Source of the DNA: Eledone cirrhosa
Taxonomy: Eukaryota
NCBI GenBank assembly: GCA_964016885.1
Contig: OZ024747.1
Location: forward strand, 6,510,001-6,574,000
Length of the DNA stretch: 64,000 nt
Direction: 5' to 3'
Part shown: piece after piece, positions 56,132 to 64,000 of the stretch
Position numbering within the stretch: the stretch's first letter is position 1
Layout of the letters: each line of letters opens with the position of its first letter
Notes under the pieces: model-generated
What the model was told of the DNA's origin: nothing
What the model saw: the letters and a program-made list of their open reading frames with translations, nothing else
Database searches by the model: none
Translations under genes and position numbers: made by a program

Positions 56132-56278
56132 TATATGTATATATATATATCAATATATTATATATATATCATATATATATATATATATATATATAAATAT
56201 ATATATGTATATAATATATATATAATATATATATAATATATATATAATATATATATAATATATATATAATATATATAT

Positions 56279-56354
<76 letters not shown>

Positions 56355-56425
56355 ATATTGATATATATACATAACATATATATATATATGTATATATTGA
56401 TATATATATACATATATATATATAT

Positions 56426-56463
<38 letters not shown>

Positions 56464-56558
56464 ATATTGATATATATACATAACATATATATATATGTAT
56501 AAATTGATATATATATACATATATATATATATAACATATATATGTATATATATATGTG

Positions 56559-56621
<63 letters not shown>

Positions 56622-56690
56622 TGTTATATATATATATGTATATATATATATATAATATATTGATATATATATACATATAACACACACACA

Positions 56691-56749
<59 letters not shown>

Positions 56750-56887
56750 CACCTACTGCTTTTTACACGCATCCAGTCAACCAGCCATCTACCCACCAAT
56801 AGACGCGGGTCCTACACTCGCTATTCTCAGTTTGGGTCCACATGCACTCAGTTGTGTAACTGTACATATGTTTCAGGTTTATATATA

Positions 56888-56969
<82 letters not shown>

Positions 56970-57156
56970 TTCCGTCACGAGAGTTGGGTGGATACCAATA
57001 TTATGAATATAACCATAAAACCAGATGGCCGGGTGGGTGGATGGGTAAAAGGGAGGGGGTTGGGGTAGGCTGAGGAGGGTGTGAAATAGATATGAGGAGA
57101 GGGTAGTGTAATAGGGTGGGGAGGTTGAAGCAGATGTAGTCGTTGGTGAGGGGGCA

Positions 57157-57815
57157 GTGGTGGTAGTGGTGGCGGTGGTGGTGGTGGTGGTGGTGGTGGT
57201 GGTAATGGTGGTTTAGAGGTGGTGGTGGTGGTGGTGTTGGTGGTGGTGTTGGTGTTGGTGGTGGTGGTGGTGGTGGTAGTGGTGGTTTAGAGGTGGTGGT
57301 GGTGGTGGTGTTGGTGTTGGTGGTGGTGGTGGTAGTGGTGGTTTAGAGGTGGTGGTGGTGGTGGTGTTGGTGTTGGTGGTGGTGGTGGTGGTGGTAGTGG
57401 TGGTAATGGTGTTGGTGGTGGTGTTGGTGTTGTTGGTGGTGGTGGTGGTGGTAGTGGTGGTGGTGGTGGTGGTGGTAGTGGTGGTAGTGGTGGTGGTGGT
57501 GTTGGTGGTGGTGTTGGTGGTGGTGTTGGTGTTGGTGGTGGTGGTAGTGGTGGTAGTGGTGGTGGTGGTGGTTTAGAGGTGGTGGTGGTGGTAGTGGTGG
57601 TAGTGGTGGTAGTGGTGGTTTAGAGGTGGTGGTAGTGGTGGTGGTGGTGGTGGTTTAGAGGTGGAGGGGGTGGTGGTGGTGGTGGTGGTGGTGGTAGAGG
57701 TGGTAGTGGTGGTAGTGGTGGTTTAGAGGTGGTAGTAGTGGTGGTGGTGGTGGTGGTTTAGAGGTGGTGGTGGTGGTGGTAGAGGTGGTAGTGGTGGTGG
57801 TTTAGAGGTGGTGGG
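57157..57815. repeat. (GGT)n microsatellite with recurrent GGTTTAGA interruptions
   Basis: Direct reading. Confidence 0.9.
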
Positions 57816-57928
57816 GGTGTAAGGGAAACGGGGCAGGTTTGAAGTGTTTATTGTAGAGTATTAACGGGATAGTGTAACTCATGTAAGTGTTTATGTAGTT
57901 GTGTATGTATGTATATATATATATATAT

Positions 57929-57959
<31 letters not shown>

Positions 57960-57990
57960 TACATATATGTGTGTGTATATATATATGTGC

Positions 57991-58043
<53 letters not shown>

Positions 58044-58045
58044 TA

Positions 58046-58203
<158 letters not shown>

Positions 58204-58407
58204 CCAGTTTCCCTCACCAATAGTCACATGACAGTCTTTTAAAACATTCCTTTCTACCTTTTGTTTCTGCTTTGCTTTTGTTTTTCGTTGCTATTGTATG
58301 GTGGCGCTGGTGTCGTTGGGACTTTGTCTTATTACATAATACACCATAGTATTATATAATAATTGCTCTTATACTGTCCACTAAACAATGTCTTATTACT
58401 GTATATG

Positions 58408-58447
<40 letters not shown>

Positions 58448-58517
58448 TATATAAATCAGAAGGTTATTTGTCACCAATATAAAGAACATTTCAATGACTT
58501 TGTATAAGTTATTCAGT

Positions 58518-58594
<77 letters not shown>

Positions 58595-58602
58595 TGTATA
58601 AA

Positions 58603-58728
<126 letters not shown>

Positions 58729-58770
58729 TGTATAAATATATATATAAATATATATATATATGGGGGGGGG

Positions 58771-59003
<233 letters not shown>

Positions 59004-59873
59004 CCTTCTAATCTCACGAAGCGTTAGTTGGTTTTGAAATTGTTTAAAAAATGTAGATATTACCTTAGAAAAACAAGTAAAATAATCCTCTGGAGAGAAA
59101 AAATGTGACCAGGAGCAGCTGTGGAGGATCGAATTCCGACTAAGTGCTCTAATCCTTAAGCTAAACGACCTCTGGCATTTAGGTATTTTACTCGATTTTC
59201 TACGCTTATACTTATAGCAATCGACTGTGGTTAAAGTTATTTTTTACATTTGGGATTCTTACATTTTCTAAGAATATATATATATATATTCATCACCTGT
59301 GTGAAATCCTTTTCTCGCTCACATCTCACCCATATTGGATGGTCTGTATTCTCGCCCATGAATTCACCAAGCTTAAGCTTACAGATTGCATGTGCTTGTC
59401 TCTTCCTATCTTTCCGTTGCCATACCATCGTTGTTTGTTTACATATCTCGCTCGTTTCACCCTAACTGATTTTTAAAGCGATGAAATACCAATGAAAGTT
59501 GGAAGATCACTGATGAAGGACTAATTTTATTCATATGTAACCCATGTGCAACCACGCAGCGCTCCATTTTTCTCATATTTATATATATATATATATGTCT
59601 CCTTCTCAACAAGGAAGATGAATAAAACTTACCTCAACACTTAATTTTAAATCTTAAAATTTTAGTTTTTAATTCTTATCAATTCTTTTTAATTGTAATA
59701 CTTAACATTTGATTAGATGAATTTTGCTAATACTTTATATCCTTTATATACATTATAAAATTATTTTTTAAAAGGATTATCCCTCTCATTTTTTCAATAA
59801 TGTCACTTTGACGAATCAAAGAAAGGAAAAAAAGAAAAACAGACCCTTAAATATATTTTCCGTGCTATTTACA

Positions 59874-59917
<44 letters not shown>

Positions 59918-60098
59918 ATATACATATACATACATACATATACACATATTTGAGATAGCGGTGACATGATCACAGCTGAAGCTTCGTGGCGAGATTTATT
60001 TATGTTTAATGTTCATAAACATCTCTAATACATACACATATTTATGTCTACATGTGTGTGTGTGTGTGTGTGTGTTCGGACATACACATATTTATGTC

Positions 60099-60134
<36 letters not shown>

Positions 60135-60356
60135 CGGACATACACATATTTATGTCTATATGTGTGTGTGTGTGTGTTCGGACATACACATATTTATGTC
60201 TACATGTGTGTGTGTGTGTGTGTGTTCGGGCGATAGCCGTGACGTTGTGACTGTTAGCTCTGAGATTTATTACCGTTGCTGGTGTTCTTTTATCTGTGTT
60301 ATTGATATTTACCATAGATATATTTTTATAAGAGACTGATTGACAAGGATTGAATA

Positions 60357-60425
<69 letters not shown>

Positions 60426-60434
60426 CGTATATAC

Positions 60435-60465
<31 letters not shown>

Positions 60466-60508
60466 CGTATATACATATATATATATGTACAAGGATTGAA
60501 TATAATGC

Positions 60509-60559
<51 letters not shown>

Positions 60560-60564
<5 letters not shown>

Positions 60565-60607
60565 GAAGATCCCGTTAAGGATGAAAGCAGCGATTATTTG
60601 CTTAAAC
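60560..60607 (+). ncRNA. Hammerhead motif, CAGAAGA family
   Basis: TTT CAGAAGA TCCCGTTAAGGAT GAAA GCA..TGC TT / AAA; a ~68-bp insert between (TA)n tracts. Confidence 0.55.
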
Positions 60608-60619
60608 TTTAATCTGTTA

Positions 60620-60673
<54 letters not shown>

Positions 60674-60920
60674 AGGATTGAATATCATGAAGTAAATAGA
60701 GAGTTCAAGAATACAGGTAAATAGAAATACTTTAATCAATTCGTGTTGAATTTGACACCAAAGAGAAATGAAAACACAATATGGAATCCAATTTTTGTGT
60801 CTAGGAAATTGTCCAAACAACATACCGCTCGGTCTAGTAATCGAACTCAGGACCTTACAAACACCCTAACCATTAAGCCACACGCCTTCACTTATTTTTG
60901 TACATTATTTAGCATTACTA

Positions 60921-61112
60921 GGGCGGTGGTTTGGCAGTATCGGTGGAGGGTCGGGCGCCATGCTTTGCAGCATAGAGTTACGGCCATTTATGGTCTGAGT
61001 TCAAATCCCGTCGAGGTTAACTTTGCCTTTCATCCTTACGGGGTCGATAAAATAAAGTACCAGTAATGCACTGGGATAATTGCTGGCCTTGTGCCAAAAG
61101 TAGAAACAATTA
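60921..61112 (+). mobile_element. tRNA-derived SINE
   Basis: Family match. Confidence 0.9.
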
Positions 61113-62349
61113 TTTAACATGAATAATATGGAAAACATTCCATATATCTATTAGAATCATTCACATGATGTTTTTATTTAATAACTCAAAGTTTATGTCT
61201 TCTGTTTTTGTTTTTTGTTTTTTTTATATTTATTTGTCTCAAGAGTTCCAGATTATTTCAAGACTGACATTATTATTTTTAAAAATATACTGAATTATTT
61301 TCAAATAAAACCAAATCTTAAATGTTGTTGCCGTATTTAAAACAAGAAAACATTTTGTACGAAATTTTTTTTTTAAATGTCAACATTATTTTCAAACACT
61401 CTTTTAAAAGTTGTAAAACACTATTAAAATGATAAAACTTTGTTTTTAGAAAAAATGGTAGAAAATATATAAAAATTGGTAAAACATTTTATATAGGAAA
61501 ATATGTGGAAGTAAAAGAAAATAAGAAAAAGAGAAATTAAATATAAGTTAATATAGACGATAGTGTTAAAATTAAGAACAGAGTCAAGACGATCCCAATA
61601 GTTTATAAATAGGTTATAAACAAGTGGGTAACCACCATGATGTACTGGTGTACAGGCACATACACACACACACAAATACACAGACACACACATACACAGA
61701 TACAGACACACACATACAGATACACAGACACAGACATACACATACACAGATACACAGACACACACACACACACACAGATACACACACACAGACACACACA
61801 TACACAGATACAGACACTAACACACACACACACGCACACACACACACAGATACACATACACACACACACACACACATACACATACACATACACATACACA
61901 TACGCAGATACAGACACACATACACAGATACACTGACACACACACACAGATACACAGACACACACACACACAGATACACAGACACACACATACACAGATA
62001 CAGACATACACATACACAGATACACACACACACACACACACACAGATACACAGACACACACACACACATACACATACACATACACATACGCAGATACAGA
62101 CACACATACACAGATACACTGACACACACACACAGACACACACACACACACACACATATATATACACACACAAAACAACTCATACAAACACAGACACACA
62201 CACATCTCAAAATAGCTCAAAGATTTGAAAAAATACTACACGAAAACTCAACGGAACTACTTTTCAACTGCTTACTATAGGTTACGTATTGAACCGGTAT
62301 CTATATATATGTATAAATATATATATATAAATATATATATATATGTGTG

Positions 62350-62383
<34 letters not shown>

Positions 62384-62533
62384 ATAAGTTGACGGACCCG
62401 GCGTATTTAACAATGCCATATATATATATATATATATATGACCAAAGATTAGTATGGTTTGTTGATTTCTCAATGAATACAATTTTACAATAGATTAGAA
62501 GCACTCAACAAGTATATTTTTCTGGAGTTTTTA

Positions 62534-62844
62534 ATATTATTCAAAATATTAACAAATGAAAAATATTATCATAATCAAAATATATACTTTATTATATATA
62601 TTTCAAAGGTACTGTGTTGTTTTTTCAGTACATCCTCATCAGACAAAATATATCATTTGATATATGACATATATGACTGGCAATACTGGAATTGAATAAT
62701 CAAGACCTTAGCGGTATGTCATATATCAAATCATATATTTTGTCTGATGAGGACATACTGAAAAAACAACACAGTACCTTTGAAATATATATAATAAAGT
62801 ATATATTTTGATTGTGAGAATATTTTTCATTTTTTTATATTTTG

Positions 62845-62851
<7 letters not shown>
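62534..62851. mobile_element. Diverged fold-back PLE-like pLTR with decayed HHR cores
   Basis: ~138-bp imperfect arms (62534-62671 / 62715-62851); TATTTTGT CTGATGA..GAAA on both strands, with the same leader as the 1829-1893 motif. Confidence 0.7.
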
Positions 62852-62894
<43 letters not shown>

Positions 62895-62898
<4 letters not shown>

Positions 62899-63115
62899 AT
62901 AATAAATGTGAAGACTAAAATCCAAAGAGGGCTCGATAAGGATAAATATATATCAAATATATAAGAACCCTAGAGCAAATATTTATTAAAATAACAGATT
63001 AAAGTTTAAGCAAAGAATCGCTGCTTTCACCCTTAACTGGATCTTCAGAAGATCCCGTTAAGGGTGAAAGCAGCGATTCTTTGCTTAAACTTTAATCTGT
63101 TATTTTAATAAATAT
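62895..63115. mobile_element. Fold-back pLTR of the CAGAAGA family centred in the HHR core
   Basis: Arms ~62979-63046 / 63048-63115, centre TCTTC-A-GAAGA; unpaired tail 62895-62978 matches 25478-25560. Confidence 0.8.
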
Positions 63116-63128
63116 ATATATATATGTG

Positions 63129-63159
<31 letters not shown>

Positions 63160-63548
63160 CACATAAATGTTCATAGTATAATAAACCTTTAAGGAATTAC
63201 ACCAGTCCAGTCTCCTGTTATTTTATATATATACACACACACACACATATATATGTGAAAAGAACGAAGGACGTGATTAAGCGTTCATCACATATGACAT
63301 TGATTCAACACGATTCGTTATGTCTAGCTATATGTGACATTTTATTTTAGAAAAACGCGTACAGATCGAAACATCTGGCCATTAGTAATTAATCATTTTA
63401 ATACATTATATTATACATACATACACACCTATATATATATGACTAACATTTCCTTAAAATGTGACTGCATACACACGTGCTTTCTCTTAAAATTTGTTCT
63501 CGTTCTTTCCTCTTTTTATTCTATATCTTTCTATTATTAGTCATTCTA

Positions 63549-63701
63549 TCTTCTAATGAAAGTCTAGTGTCCGAAACGTAAAGACACTTTTCCTACTATA
63601 TCAAGTGTTAAACTAATATATTTCTTCATTGAACTGTGTTGCTTGCTTTGTTGTTTCCTGGTGATTTCTTACGAATAAAACAGTTCTAGTCCTGTAGAAG
63701 T
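63549..63701 (+). ncRNA. Two tandem decayed hammerhead motifs (63549-63584; 63653-63701)
   Basis: TCTT CTAATGA..GAAA CG TA AAGA, and TTC CTGGTGA TTTC-ttac-GAAT AAAA CAG-ttctagtc-CTG TA GAA (17.9-kb family); both have core mutations. Confidence 0.5.
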
Positions 63702-64000
63702 CAAACAGTGGCCACCTTCCCATTTACATCGGGATTCATTCATTCAAGCCTATACTATAATAACCTAGGATTTTATAACAATATTCTGAACGTGTATTGT
63801 AAAACCACGGATATGAAATTGAACAAAAGTTACTTAAAAATGCATTGTGTTCAGACCTGGAGAGGGATTGGCTCCGCCAGAATTAAAATGCCCAAGAAGT
63901 GCCATATGCCACTACAGCACCTCAACAACACCCTCAGGAATTACAGGACAATACCACACCATACCATACTGTACCATACCATAACATACTATACTATACC

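Noticed and set aside
57157-57815. Telomere-like GGTTTAGAGG
   Set aside because: Not TTAGGG arrays; interruptions of a GGT microsatellite.
59510-59540. CTGATGAAGG hammerhead-like start (also CTGATGAG at 52460)
   Set aside because: No helix II partner and no downstream GAAA.

Overview
Eukaryotic, AT-rich, extremely microsatellite-dense genomic DNA. The SINE complement, (TA)n/(CA)n density and a decayed C2H2 zinc-finger array suggest an octopus-type cephalopod (inference). Almost every ORF in the supplied track is a translation of simple repeats, and no intact protein-coding gene can be confirmed; there are only candidate minus-strand exons near 30.9-31.6 kb and 52.2-52.5 kb. The main unexplained signal is a dense set of about 20 complete, degenerate or half type-I hammerhead ribozyme (HHR) motifs from several sequence families. 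They lie in short Penelope-like (PLE) pLTR fragments, mostly embedded in or abutting (TA)n tracts. Several form near-perfect fold-back palindromes with one HHR per strand, and in some the fold-back axis lies inside the ribozyme. Several families share non-canonical cores (UUGAUAA, CAGAAGA, U.U closing helix II, CUU cleavage triplet). Also present: a recently active ~610-bp bipartite RTE derivative with a structured 5' end, RTE and CRE LINE relics, Helitrons, hAT, mariner/pogo and TTAA MITEs, many tRNA-derived SINEs, and several minisatellites. One minisatellite is built from AG|GTGAG splice-site units and another has a 280-bp higher-order repeat. All structures were folded by eye; nothing was computed or searched.
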